Under the pieces are notes generated by a model that was not told the origin of the DNA, did no database searches, and saw only the letters and a program-made list of their open reading frames with translations. From Leucoraja ocellata (lineage: Eukaryota), in contig JAWMAR010001538.1 in the NCBI GenBank assembly GCA_036785375.1, positions 62,001 to 126,000 on the forward strand: DNA of 64,000 nt. The letters run 5' to 3'. Within the stretch, counting starts at the first letter, position 1; the number at the start of each line of letters is the position of its first letter. Shown in pieces: positions 25,734-39,667 of this stretch. The translations under genes and the position numbers were made by a program.

Positions 25734-26526
25734 ACAAGTAATGGGAGTGAGTCTGGCGGCGGCGGCTTGGTGAGGGATCTCGGAGCCTGGTTCGAGCTGG
25801 TGCGGAGGGAGAGGAGCGGACGGGACGGGAGGGGGTGACTGGGGGGGTGGCAGGAGGGAGGCATAAGCCCCGCATCGGGGCCGCTCCACAGCCGCGGGGC
25901 CGGGCTGCTCTCCGCCGCCTCGCAGACCCGTCGGCACTCGGGCAGAGCCTTCAGCGGCGGAGGAAGGAGGTGGGGGGAGGTTGGGAGACAGAGACTGACG
26001 AAAGTTATGGGACGGAGGGCAGACGGCAAAGCAGGTTAGGGACACACACTGAGCGGGGCTGCTTCCCCCCATCCCGCCCCCCGTGCCCTCTCCATCTCAC
26101 CCTCTCACTAGCCCCACTCTCCCTTCAGTCCCCCTCCCTCCTATCCCGTCCCACCCCCCCCCCCCCCAACCCCTCTCGGCTCGCAACGTTGTCTATTTCC
26201 TTCGCTCCATGCTGCCGCTGAGTTTCTCCAGCATTTTTGTGTGCCTTCGATTTTCTAGCGTCTGCAGTTCCTTCTTAAACACCTCTCCTCTCCCTCTCCC
26301 TCCTCTCCCGTCCCCTCCCACCCTTCCCTCTGCCTCCTCCCATTCCCTCTGTCCTTCCATCTCCCCTTTCCTCTCCTTTCTCTCCCTTCTCCCCTTTCTC
26401 TCCCCCTCCTCTCCATCGCCTCTTCTTCTCTGTCCCTGTCCCCTCCCTTCCCCTAGACTCCCCTTCATCCATTTCCAGTCACGTTTCCCAATTCCCTGAC
26501 ATTCCCCCTTCTCCACCCGACCCTCA

Positions 26527-27520
<994 letters not shown>

Positions 27521-28429
27521 TGCAGCCACCGGTGATGTGTGTGGAGCAACTGAAGCTCTTTGTGCGCTGCGCTCTTTGCTAAAGCTCCTCACACTGGCTG
27601 TGACAGACACGGGCACTTGCGGATAGTCCAGACCCAACACTGAGAGACAGAGGGCGCAGAAACCACACAGGGGACCAGGTAGGCAGCGTCTGTGGAGGCA
27701 GAACCAGAGTTCACGTCTCAGCTCAAAGACCCTTCATCAGAATTGGGCGTCCCAATTATATTCTGATCAAACTTGAAACGTGGACTCTGTCACAGTCTCC
27801 GCAGATGCTGCCTGACCCGTTGAGAATTTCCAAACGCATTCAGGTTTTATTATCACCGAAGATAGACACAGATCGCTGGAGTAACCCAACGGATCAGGCA
27901 GCGTCTCTGGAGAAAAGGAATAGTTGGCGTTTCGGGTCGAGACCCTTCTTTAGTCAGACTCCAGTCTGAACCAATGCTGGAAGGTAGATTTGACTGGAGG
28001 GACCTCGGGCCAGCACAGACACGATGGGACGAATGGCTTATTTTGTTCCAGATCGACCGGAAACGTTACCTGTTCCTTCTCTCCAGAGATGCTGCCCTGA
28101 CCCGCTGAGTTACTCCAGCACTTTGTGTCTATCACCTGCAATTCCTTCATACACAGATATTAATGTCTTCAGTTGCTTTTTGTAATCTGTTCCTGCACTC
28201 GGAGTGTGGAAGGGACCATTCCCTCGAAGGGGCATTATGATTTGGAAGAGCAGGGCAGTACTGCCCACGGAACATCTTCTGCAAAGTCTGTTCATAGCCA
28301 CTGCACTGTAAGATTCTACAATTCCTTAGTAAAGATGGGCTGAAGGGCAGTAATTTTCACTTAATTCCCAATGCTAGCAGCTCCAGATGATTGAATCCAG
28401 AACCAATGTTTAACTCGCCCGTGTTGAAA

Positions 28430-29000
28430 CAAGAGTCATGGAGTCAGAGCTCCCTACATCATGGAAACAGGCCCTTCAGCCCAACTCGACCATGCCGACC
28501 AAATTGCCTAACCTGCTAGTCCCTCTTGTCCATGCCTGTACCGTATCTCTCTAAACCTTTCCTATCCATGTACCTATCCAAGTGTCTTTTAAATGTTACA
28601 ATTGTATCCATCTCCACTACCTTCTCTGGCAACTTGTTCAGTACACACGCCACCCTCTGTGTGGAAAAGTCCCTTTTACATTTTTCCACTCTTACCTTAA
28701 GCCTATGCCTCTAGTTTTAGACTTTGCTACCCTTGGGGAGAGACTGTGACTATTCACCTTATCTATGCCCTCCATGATTTTATAAACCTCTAGAAAGTTA
28801 CCCCTTAGTCACCCCAGAGAAAAATAGACAGCCTGTCCAGCCTCACTTTATATACGAAACACTCCAGACCTGGTAACATACTCATACATTTCTTCTGACC
28901 CTTTCCAGTTTAAAGACACCCTTCCCACAACAGTACTCCACATATGATCTTTGCTTTGTACAGCTGCAGCATGAAGTCCAACTCTCGTGCTCAATGCACT
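28430..29000 (-). mobile_element. CR1 LINE 3' fragment
   Basis: CR1 3' UTR and degenerate ORF2 end. Confidence 0.75.
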
Positions 29001-31127
29001 GAGGTTCAAATGATTTAAGAGTTGCTTTACCTCAGGTACACATACGGATGGGATGGGAGGAGTGGACTCCAACAGCTGCACTCTGAAAATATCGTAGATA
29101 GACACAAAATGTTGGAGTAACTCAACAGGTCAGGCAGCATCCCTGGGGAGAAGGAATGGGTGACGATTCATAGAAACATAGAAACACAGAAAATAGGTGC
29201 AGGAGGAGGCCACCTGGCCCTTCGAGCCAGCACCGCCATTCATTGTGATCATGGTTAATCGTCCACTATCAATTTCAGGTCAAGATTTCAGATTACAATT
29301 TCAGTTTCAGGTCAAGACCTCAGGTACACACATGGATGGGATGGGGGGAGTGGACTCCAACAGCTGCTTCAGACTGAGAGTCAGGGGAAAGATAGACTAG
29401 AGATATCTCTGAAAGCACCTCCATGTTTCTCACTTCTAATGCACATTTTAGAGGAGTAATTAACTATTCCAAATATTATACCCAGCTTAAACGAATAATA
29501 AAAGTGTTTGTATCAAATTCTTGTGTATTGGTAAATTACCAATGATAAAGATAATATTAAAAGAATATGGTGGTCAGAGAATGTAAGAACGAATAAAATA
29601 AAATTAAACATTATGTGCTGAAATGAGAAATATGGACAATCAATTTGCTTGATCAAAGCAAATGCTTTAAGGGGTTTGTAAAGGAAGAGCATGTGATCGG
29701 GGTGTTTATGGAGATTCCAGAGCTACAGTCAGATGGTTGTCAGAGTCAGTGAAGGAATGAAGGAATTGTGGCTACACTGGAGGGTTCAGAGTAAAACCCT
29801 AAGCACCTTCCCCAGCCTCCTAGTGCACTTCATAGTCAATGCAATACTTTTTGACTATAGTCACTGGTACAATGTGGGACAAACACAACCAGTTTCCACC
29901 TAGAAAGATCCTTGCAACAGCACCCTGAGTATTATATCTGCAATTTTATAATATTAACAATGTAATTTGGGCTTTAGGAAGAACAGGTATGTCAATAGAC
30001 AATAGGCAGTAGACAATAGGTGCGGGAGTAGGCCATTCGGCCCTTCGAGCCAGCCAATGTAATCATGGCTGATCATCCCCAATCAGTACCCCATTCCTGC
30101 CTTATCCCCATGTCCCATCCCACTGTATGGAATTTGCTTGAAACCGCGTTTAAATTAGCAAGGAGTTTTGTCCTGTTTCACTTGAGCGGGAAGTGTTTGT
30201 ATGAAGCTCTCTAATCATTTATCACTGTCACTTCCAGCCATCAAGTGTCTCCTGTTTTTCTTCTGTCTTGCTCACTCTGTTTCTGCGGGTCTGGTCTCTT
30301 GAGCCCATCTCAGCTCGGCACAAGGTCAATCCTTTCATCCATTTATCAACATCTTCTGGCCCATCCCTCTCTCATTGATTTTCATATTATTTATTGCTCT
30401 GAAGTGACCACAGGCAGATGTGATGGGGATTAAACAGCATCAACACACAGAATATTAATACAGTTTGATGTCTGAACACAAGAGGTTGTTTGGAATGAGA
30501 TGTGATGAATTCCCTGGCAGTTTGACTATACACAATCAAACCATTCATGATCTGAATTCCTTATTGTTTCCACGCTTCCCATCCCAGCTCTCACAGCTCT
30601 CCTATCCCATTCCTCCTCTGCGTGGCACTTGTTTGATTTATTGGTGCCTGGATATTCCTAGGGTATCCGCATGCAGATGTTGCTGGCTTTCATCACTTTG
30701 GACAATAATCGTTTCTTGAAACCTGGAGTTGCCCTTGAGTTGGACGAATCAAGGAGGCTGTTTGTGCAATTTGTTCATATTATTTTGTCTTTCCAATTGG
30801 CTCCCTTTCTCCGCTAAAGGCATTGACATTTGATGTAACGCTTTCAACCCCAACCGTGTTTAAAAAGTCTGCCAACATGCTGTCTAGGTTCATGTGAAGA
30901 ATAGCTTAAAGAACGGTACCAGAAAGTGACTTGGTATCAAAGATCAACGAGACGGCAAATGCCATTGCTTTATATTAATTTCATCTCCTCTGGCCCTACT
31001 GGCCTAATGTATTCATATTCTCCTCACCCATCTCCTAATGTTTCTTTAATTTATTTTTCATAGCCCAACTCCTTTATTCTTGGGTTCAAATTGTAGGGTT
31101 GACAAGTCATTGCAAAAAATGCAAAGA

Positions 31128-31472
31128 GGCGCACAGTGGCTCAGTTTATAGAGCCGCTGTCCCACAGTGCCAGAGACTCGGGTTCAATCCTGACCGCGGA
31201 TGCTATCTGTGTGGAGTGTGCACATTCTCTCAGTGACAACATGGATTTCCTCTGAGTGCTCCAGTTTTTTTCCACATCCCAAAGATACGCGGGTTGATAT
31301 GTGAATTGTCCGCTGTAATTTGACTCGTGTGTAGATGAGTGTAGAATCTGAAGGGGAGTTGATAATATTATGGAGATAATAAAGTTGGATTAGATTAGTG
31401 TAGGATTAGTGTAAATTGATGGTTGATGGTCTGTGGATTTTGTGGGACTAAGGGCCTGTTTCCATCTCTCTA
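31128..31472 (+). mobile_element. Full-length tRNA-derived V-SINE (HE1-like)
   Basis: A box TGGCTCAG, B box GGTTCAATCC, V-domain and CR1-like tail GGGCCTGTTTCC. Confidence 0.8.
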
Positions 31473-31699
31473 TTTGTTATGCCTGTATTAATCTGTATTT
31501 GGATGTTGTTTTGTAACTTTAGACCCATGATCCTGGTAGGGATTTCAATAGTGAACATGTCAATGTTTGCACTGTGTCTCTTATATATTACTTTAACAAT
31601 CTGATCTTATTGCCCCTGTGGACCGGAGTTCAGAGGCAGAAACATGATTTTCAAATTGACATTGTTGTTTTTAATATACATATTTTGTGAATGGATGTG

Positions 31700-32950
31700 A
31701 GCTTCCCAGGTTAATTCATCATTTAATTAATTGCTCATCCCGAGCTGCCTTTGAGAAGGTGAAGATGAGTTGTCTTCTTGAACAATTGCAGCCCTTGAGG
31801 TGTGGATGTGTCCACATGGCTGTTGGTGTGAGATGTTGGGGATTTTGACCCAGTGATGGTGAAGGAACAGCAATGTATTTCCAAGTCAGGATGGCGTGTG
31901 GCTGGAGGGCACCATCCAGGTGATGGTTCCACCATGTCTTTGCTCCACTGGTCCATGTAACTGGTAGTGCTCGCGGGCTTGGAAGGTGCTGGCGAAAGAG
32001 TCTTGGTGAGTTGCTGCAGTGCATCCTGCAGATGGTACAGTGCTGCCACTGTGCATTGGTGGTGGAGTGAATGAATAGTTGTGGATGGGGTGCTTATCAT
32101 GTGGGTTGCTATGTCCTGTAGGGTGGCAACCATCTGGAATGTTGGTAAAGCCATATTCATCTAGGCAAGTGGTGAGTATTCAATCACTCCCTTGACTTGA
32201 GAATTGTGGATGGTGAACAGGCTTTTGAGAGATAGAAGGAGAATTACTTGCCACTGGATTCCTAGTGTGTGATCTGCTCTTGTAGCCACATTGTGCAGAT
32301 GGCTACTCCATGTTCAGTTTCTGGTCAATGGTAACTGTAGATCAGTGCATGTTCCCTTAACCATAGTGACCTCCCCACTACTAACCACTCCCCATTGTCT
32401 CCAGTATAATTGTAGTGTCCCCACCTCTAGCTCGCTCTCTAGCTCCAGTGATGACCACGGACAGCTACAGCCTAGTGTAAAGTCTCAGTTTAATAAACAG
32501 TTACAGTAAAAAGACTTGTGTGTGCAGTAAGTCATTTTACATGGTGTCAGAAGTGGGATTTTACAGTAACCCCATTGATAGTGGAGGATTCAGTGATGGA
32601 ATATGATCGTGGGGGATTCAGTCATGGTAATGTCATTGAATGTCAGGGGATGGTAGCAGGATTTTCTCTCATTGAATATCATCAATATCTGGCATGTGTG
32701 GTAGGACTGTCACTTGCCATCCATCAACCCAGGCTTGGATATTATTCAGGTCTTGCTGTGGACTGCTTTCTTTTCAGAGTAGCTATAAATGGTGCCAACC
32801 ATTGCCCTATCATCAGCGATCATACCTACATCTGACCTTATGATTGAAGAAAGCTCATTGATAAGCCAGGTGAAGATAATTGGACCTAGGACACTCCGCT
32901 GAGGAATGATGCCTTGTGGCTGAGATGATTGACCTCAAACCACCATAACA
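31700..32950 (-). mobile_element. Old LINE (CR1/L2-group RT and 3' end), interrupted by an LTR remnant
   Basis: Minus strand PQ.SVLGP..INELSS.IRSDVGM.ADD near 32800-32910; IHSLHHQCTVAA. Confidence 0.7.
32336..32565 (+). mobile_element. LTR-retrotransposon remnant: ~206-bp LTR plus tRNA-Leu PBS, 5-bp TSD GTAAC
   Basis: TGTAG...AATAAA...TTTTACA, then TGGTGTCAGAAGTGGGAT (complement of the tRNA-Leu 3' end), then TTTACA; GTAAC at 32331-32335 and 32566-32570. Confidence 0.8.
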
Positions 32951-33769
32951 CTGCAGTAGCGAAGAAAACTAATAGGTGACGTTTTGGATCGAAACACTTC
33001 TTCTATTTTGTCTATCACTTCCATTCTTTTTCTACAGAGATACTGCCTGATGCACTGAGGTACTCCAGCATCTTGTGTCTACGTTTAGTATAAACCAGCA
33101 TCTGAAGTTCCTTCCTACACAATGTTGCATTTGTTTGTAGATTTCTTTCATTTTGAGCAATCAGACGTTTTCTAAAGCATATTTACAGGGTCCAGTAGCT
33201 CACCTCCGAGTACAGAAATGGATCAGTTTGACTCGGATTGGAGGTTAAGTAATTGATTTCAGGGAATTGTTTTAATGATCTCGGAACGGATGGCTCTCTA
33301 TGATTGAAAGCTAGACTCTCAGAACCAAACCTCTTCTTTTGGATTTTATAATGTTTTGGGATTCATCTAATTATATTCGATTTCACTGTGGATTAAGAAA
33401 TGGCTCCAAAAAGCAACTGAAAATTGGCAACATGAAGCTGGTATCATTACTCAAACACTGAAGCTCTTGAACTCTCCAGCTTCTGCCCCTGGCAGTTTCC
33501 CTTTACGGTTGTGATAAGGCTTAAGATGGCGAAGGACTGAGGTTCATTGAACAAATTACAAGGGTTAAATGAGACTTCAACTTATTTTTGGCAAGAAAAT
33601 AAATATGCTTTAGAAAATCGTATTTTTATAAACATTGTTTATATCCAGCGGGGTAAGATCTGAGCTGGATTTCCCACCTAGCACCTGGTCAATGGACAAA
33701 AGGAAGCCTATATTTGTGGTGTCTGTGGCTTCACAGGCCCTGTGGGAAGTGGTTATTTGTTCACAAGCT

Positions 33770-35190
33770 GACAATGGATGTAACGCTGAGGCTTTATAAG
33801 GCACTGGTCAGCCTGCATTTGGAGTATTGTGAGCAATATTGGGCCACATATCTGAGGAAGGCTGTACTGGCATTGGAGAGGGTCCAGAGGAGGTTTACAA
33901 GAATGATCCCAGGAATGATTGGATTAACATATGATGAGCATTTGGCAGCACTGGGCCTGTACTCGCCTCAGCCTCAGAATAAAAGGAGGTGCCTTTAGAA
34001 AGATGAGGAGGAATTTCTTTAGTCAGAGGGTGGTGAATTTATGGAATCCATAGTCGCAGACAGCTGTGGAGGCCATCAATGGATATTTTTAAGGCAGAGA
34101 TTGACAGATTCTTGATTAGTATGGGTGTCAGGGGTTATGGGAAGAAGGGAGGTTTGGGTCTGAGAGGGATAGATAGACCAGCCATAATTGAATGGCGGAG
34201 TTGGTTTGATGAGTCAGCAGTACCTAAAATCGTGGACCAGGACAGATCAATGTGCACCTATAATAGCATTCCACACTGTCTGGACCAGAATTTATCTCCA
34301 CAATTGCTGCCTGATCTGGTGAGTATTTCCAGAATTCACTGCAAAAACACTCACTGCAAGAAACATAGATTGAATACAACTTTTAGTTCTATTGCAAAGA
34401 GAGAATTCTGGAAAATACTCAGCTCAGCAGGTGAGGCAGCAATTGTGGATAGAGCTAGAGAGATTGTGTTAATGTTTCTAGTGATTGACCTTTCATTAAA
34501 ACTAATAGGTTTATACAATCCGTGCAGTCTCCTGCAATGGTGGATTCTGGAATTCTCCACCACAGAAGGTAGCTGAGGCCAGTTTATTGGCTATATTTAA
34601 GAGGGAGTTAGATGTGCCCCTTGTGGCTAAAGGTATCGGGGGTATGGAGAGAAGGCAGGTACAGGATACTGAGTTGGATGATCAGCCATGATCATATTGA
34701 ATGGCGGTGCAGGCTCGAAGGGCCTACTTCTGCACCTATTTTCTATGTTTCTATGGATTGTCCAATGACAGACACATTGTAGGGTCTGTAGAATCATGGG
34801 TTTGTAGAATGATGGCTTTGCGGCTCCAGGGAGGAACAGTCTTATCCAAATACCCCAAACCCTCACATGCTTTGAATGGGTAGATATTCCCCTTGCTGTG
34901 GTGTCTAGAGCTAGGGGGGGTCACAGTCTCAACATAAGGGCACCGAGCTGAGAAGGGATTTAGTTTCATTTTGAGGAAGGCAAATCTCCAGAATTCTCTC
35001 TCCAAGTGGACGTTAGAGGCTCCATTAGTGGGAACATTGACTGTAGAGACCAGTAGACTGATGGATATCCAGGGAACCAGGAATATGGGGGTTCGTACAG
35101 GAAAGTGGCCATAAAGTAAAAGGTTATCTAAGAACTTACTGAAAAGTGGAGCAGATGGGAAGGGGCGGATGGCTTTTTCCTGCTACTGTT
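33770..35190 (+). mobile_element. Several CR1 LINE 3' fragments
   Basis: LYKALVSLHLEYCEQYW..LERVQRRFTRMIPG and CR1 tails. Confidence 0.8.
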
Positions 35191-35611
35191 TAATAAATCC
35201 TAGCAATCCTATCACAGCAAAATGTCCAAATGATAATGCCAGTAAATAGCCTCCTCCTTTAATGTTAAAGAACCAGTTAATGAGCTGAGATGTATTTCAG
35301 TTGGTGAAGCTGAAATGAGGATGAGAAGGGAGGGACCTTTAAAAAGGCCAGCCAATTACCTGCCCTGTGGTTAACGAGCTGAGGTGAATTTCAATTGGAG
35401 AAGCTGAAAGTAGTTAGCTTACTGGAGGGACAGCTCCTTAGTCAGTGTATACAAGGAAGGTAGTTGCAGATGCTATGTGGTGATGTGATGCTGTGTGGGT
35501 GAAAGGCTTTGCCCTAGAGCCTTTGCTGGATAGGATGATGATGGGTTAAGGTATGGTGTGTGTTTCTTTTTATTTTGTAAATGTTCTTTAGTCTAATGCA
35601 GTAATGATGGC

Positions 35612-36680
35612 AGTTGCATGTTCCAGCTGCCATCTTTAATACCTTCCCACCAGGAAGGTATTACAGCCCTCCGTTTCTTCCTCAACTGTAGAACCAGCCA
35701 GTTTGCATCTACTGACCCTCTCCTCTGTGAGCAGAGTTGGTCCTTACCCTTAAAAACTTCTCCTTTGACTCCACACACTTCCTCCAAACCCAAGCCATAG
35801 CTATGGCCACTCGCTTGGGTCCCAGCTATGCCGGCCTCATTGTAGGGTATTTCGCACACTCACTGTTCCAGGTGTATACTGGCCCTATCCCTGAACTCTA
35901 CCTCTACTACAGTGATGACTGCATCGGTGCACTGCCTGCACCCATGCAGAATTCACTGACTTCATCAACTTTGCAACTAATTTCTATCCTGCACTCACTT
36001 CGACCATCTCTGACATCTCCCTACCCCCCCCCCCCCCCCCCCCCCAGGTACTTTCCTTTGCAACTGCAGGAGATGCAACACCTGTCCCTTTACCTCCCTC
36101 CTCGACTCCATCCAAGGACCCTGACAGTCTTTTCAGGTGAGGCAGAGGTTCACTTGTACCTCGTCTACTGTATCCACTGTGTCAACTCCTGTATATCGGC
36201 GAGACCAAGCGGCAGGCTCGGCGATCGTTTTGCTGAACACCTCTGCTCAGTCCACCTTAACCTACATGTTCTCCAGGTTGCTCAGCACTTTAACTCCCCT
36301 TCCCATTCCCAATCTGACCTTTCTGTCCTGGGCCTCCTCCATTGTCAAAGTGAGGCCCAGTACAAATTGGAGGAACAGCTCCTCCTATTTCGTTTGGGCA
36401 GCTTACACCTCAGTGGTATGAACATTGACTTCTCTACAAATAACCCTTGATTTCCCTCTCTCTCCATCCCCTCCCCTTCCCAGTTCTCACACCAGTCTTA
36501 CTGTATTTGACTACATTCTATCTGTCCTGCCCACTCCCCTGACATCAGTCTGAAGAAGGGTCTCCTCCCGAAATGTCACCCATTCCTTTTCTCCAGAGAT
36601 GCTGCCTGCCCCGCTGAGTTACTCCAGCATTTTGTGTTTACCTTTGATTTAAACCAGCATCTGCAGTTCTTTCCTGCACT
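35612..36680 (+). mobile_element. Penelope-like element (degenerate RT + GIY-YIG) ending in a hammerhead-bearing pLTR
   Basis: NFSFDSTHFLQTQAIAMATRLGPSYA, YSDDCIG and LGDRFAEHL; CTGAAGA core at 36550. Confidence 0.88.
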
Positions 36681-36939
36681 GCTGGTCCTGGACGCACCAG
36701 CCAGAGTAAACATCATCCCTGTACCCTCCCAAACCCTCTGTTAAGGTATCGGCCTTTGTAAACAACAGGATTTAAAGAGGCAATACTGTCGGATCCTGCA
36801 TTGTTATCCCAATGAATAGAAGGGTTAGGAATGTGAATGAAACTGAGGATTACAAACTTGCTGCCCCTTCTCTTCCTGTCACGTCAGAGATAGCTGACTG
36901 TCCCGCTGAGTTACTCCAGCATTTTGTGTCTCCCTGAGA

Positions 36940-37950
36940 ACGACACCTGTGTGAGGTGCATCCAGCTGCAGTTTCTTACAGGCTGTGTTAGGGAACTGAG
37001 GAGGTCATGGATCGGGGTTTCACTGTGATGCTTAAGGTATGGGCAGAAGATAGATGTGTGACCATCATCATGCAAGGGAGCAAGTGCTAGTGTCTCCTGT
37101 GGACATTTGCCTAAATACCAGATGTGCTCCTTGGGATACTGTTGGGGAGATGACGGGTCATGGGAGGAAAGCAACCATTAGGTCTGTGGCATTGAGCCTG
37201 GCTCTGAGGCACAGTGGTGGTGGTGGTGGTGGGGTGGGGGGGGGGGGGGGGGGGAATGGTCAGGTGTTGTGAGAGTAGCCCGTGTCCCACTTGGGAAACC
37301 TGAACGGAAACCTCTGGAGACTTTGCACCCCACCCAAGGTTTCCGTGCAGTTCCCGGAGGTTGCAGGTAGTGGAAGCAAGTAGGGAGACTGACAAAAACC
37401 TCCGGGAACCACACCGAAACCTTGGGTGGGGCGCAAAGTCTCCAGAGGTTTCCGTTCAGGTTTCCTAAGTGGGACAGGGGCATAATTGGAGACTCATGAG
37501 TAGTTTGGGGGTAGACGGGGGGGATTCTGTGGCAGCAAGTGAACGTCTAGGATGGTGGGTTGCATCTGTGGTGGCAGGGTCCAAGGATGTCTCTGTGCAG
37601 CTGCAGAATATTCTCAAGGGGAAGGTGAGCAGCTGGACGTCATTGTGCGCATCGGCACAATTGACATAAGTAGGAAAAGGGATGAGGTCCTGTGGAGTGA
37701 ATACAGGGATTTGGACAAAAGAATAAAATACAGGGTCTCCAGGGAAGTTGCCTATGGATTGCGTGTAATGCCATGTACTCGTGGGACAGGGATGTCGATT
37801 TTTGGACCGTTAGGATCTTTTATGGGCCAGAGGTAATTTGTGCATGAGGCTTGGGTTGCACCTGAATTGGAGGAGAACCAATATCCTGGCTGGTAGATTT
37901 GCTAGTGCGGTGTACTTCTCGGGGTGGTTTAAACAAAATTGGCAAGGGGA
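36940..37950 (+). mobile_element. CR1 ORF1 remnant (zinc finger plus SGNH esterase-like)
   Basis: C..C..LQ.L motif; LQNILKG.GEQLDVIVRIGTIDI. Confidence 0.7.
37278..37481. mobile_element. Palindromic Harbinger-like MITE nested in CR1 ORF1
   Basis: About 80-bp inverted arms beginning GCCC(G/C)TGTCCCACTT.GGAAACCTGAACGGAAACCTCTGGAGACTTTG. Confidence 0.85.
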
Positions 37951-38923
37951 CTGCGATGAGATTGGGACTACATCTGATATGTTTTCAATATCATGGTGAA
38001 TGGTTTTGCAGTCTCCAACCCTCTTTTTAATTGTTTCTTGATTTCATAACTAATCTAAATCCTGTTTATATTCCGTTTTATGTTCTGTGTTGAATCTACG
38101 AGCTACTTTTGGTTTAAATTTAGGTACCATCCATCATTGGTATTTTATCTTTTCCTTACTTTTAAAACCAACATATAATATTGATTATTTTATCATCCGT
38201 GTCTGCGAATGATGGTAATCATAGTAGTTTTTTTCTATTGGGCTTCATATTATTGTCATTTTGCTTTTTCATTCTAATATTTTCTTTTTGTCCATTTATT
38301 TTGTAATTCCCCTAGATCGACACCAAGCAGAATTGTGATCAAGTGCACTACCTTCTGTGTTAACATGTAATTTAGCGGCTATATTATTTCACTGTTCACA
38401 CCAATGTTGTGACCTTGGTTTACGGTAAATGTTTCTCTGAATACTATTTGCTCTCTTTCCATAGCCCTGTTTTATGTGCCCTGTCTACTCATTTCTTTGA
38501 AACTGGCCTTATTTAACTTTTTTTTTGAATCTCAAAATGTGTGTCTGGTTTAATCATGTTGTGGTCACTGTTTGCAAGATGCTCCCTTACTGTCAGATTA
38601 TTAATCAATTCTGTCTTGTTAGTCATCACTGAACCCAATGTGGCTCGTTGCCTTGTCACTGTAATTGTTTCAGAAAGCTGTCGACTGGGCATTTCAGAAA
38701 TTCATTATCTTTATGGCTTGAACTATTTCCCATCCCTCGGCTGGTGTTAACATTAAAATCCCCCATTATAACAAACTATGGCTTTGCTGCCTGATTCTCT
38801 GATTTCCTACATCATTCATCCTATAACTACTGTCTCTGTCAGGCAACGTGCCGACATCTCTCCTTGGAGCCAGACAGACTTTGGAACGTCTTAATTCTGC
38901 ACGGGTTCCAGTGCCCTCCAGTT

Positions 38924-39020
38924 CAGTCTGAAGAAGGGTTTCGGCCCGAAAAGTTGCCTATTTCCTTCGCTCCATAGATGCTGCTGCACCCGCTGAGTTT
39001 CTCCAGCACTTTTGTCTACC
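38924..39020 (+). mobile_element. Penelope-derived hammerhead mini-element with a 17-bp TSD
   Basis: TCCAGTGCCCTC(C/T)AGTT at 38907-38923 and 39021-39037. Confidence 0.85.
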
Positions 39021-39467
39021 TCCAGTGCCCTCTAGTTTGCTGACATCCTTTCCTTCCACTGCTACACCACGGCTCTGCGGTTTATGTGCGAGGCGCCATC
39101 AGCTGTGTTAAAGAATGCTGAAGTAAGCAGAATGAGGATGAAATGGAAGCTTGGAAGACAGTGGGTGAATTCAAGGTCAAATTATGTGTAGGGGAGAGAC
39201 AAGAAGGAAGAAAACAAAAATTGGTCTAAAAGAGCAAAATGGATTGGGTAGCAAGTTTTAAGTTGTCAACTTTAAACTTGAAGGAGTGAGATTCTACACC
39301 AACAATAATTCATTCTTATTGCTGGAGGCCCATTGAAATGAAAACATGATTACATTGTTAAACTATTATTTAAGATAATGGTAAGATTTGACTATGTACT
39401 CAAAATAAGAAGATTTAACTACTTGTGGCTGGTTTAACATGCATCAACCATATCAATGTATGATCCG

Positions 39468-39667
39468 TGTTTAAGAAGGAACTGCAGATGCTGGAGAATC
39501 GAAGGTACACAAATGCTGGAGAAACTCAGCGGGTGCAGCAGCATCTATGGAGCGAAGGAAATAGGCAATGTTTCGGGCCGAGTTTCGGCCCAAAACGTTG
39601 CCTATTTCCTTCACTCCATAGATGCTGCTGCACCCGCTGAGTTTCTCCAGCATTTTTGTGTACCTTC
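39468..39667. mobile_element. Palindromic Penelope-derived mini-element with a 15-bp TSD
   Basis: TCAATGTATGATCCG at 39453-39467 and 39666-39680; inverted arms meeting near 39580. Confidence 0.88.

Noticed and set aside
31128-31200. tRNA-like A/B boxes
   Set aside because: Head of a V-SINE, not a tRNA gene; no complete cloverleaf seen
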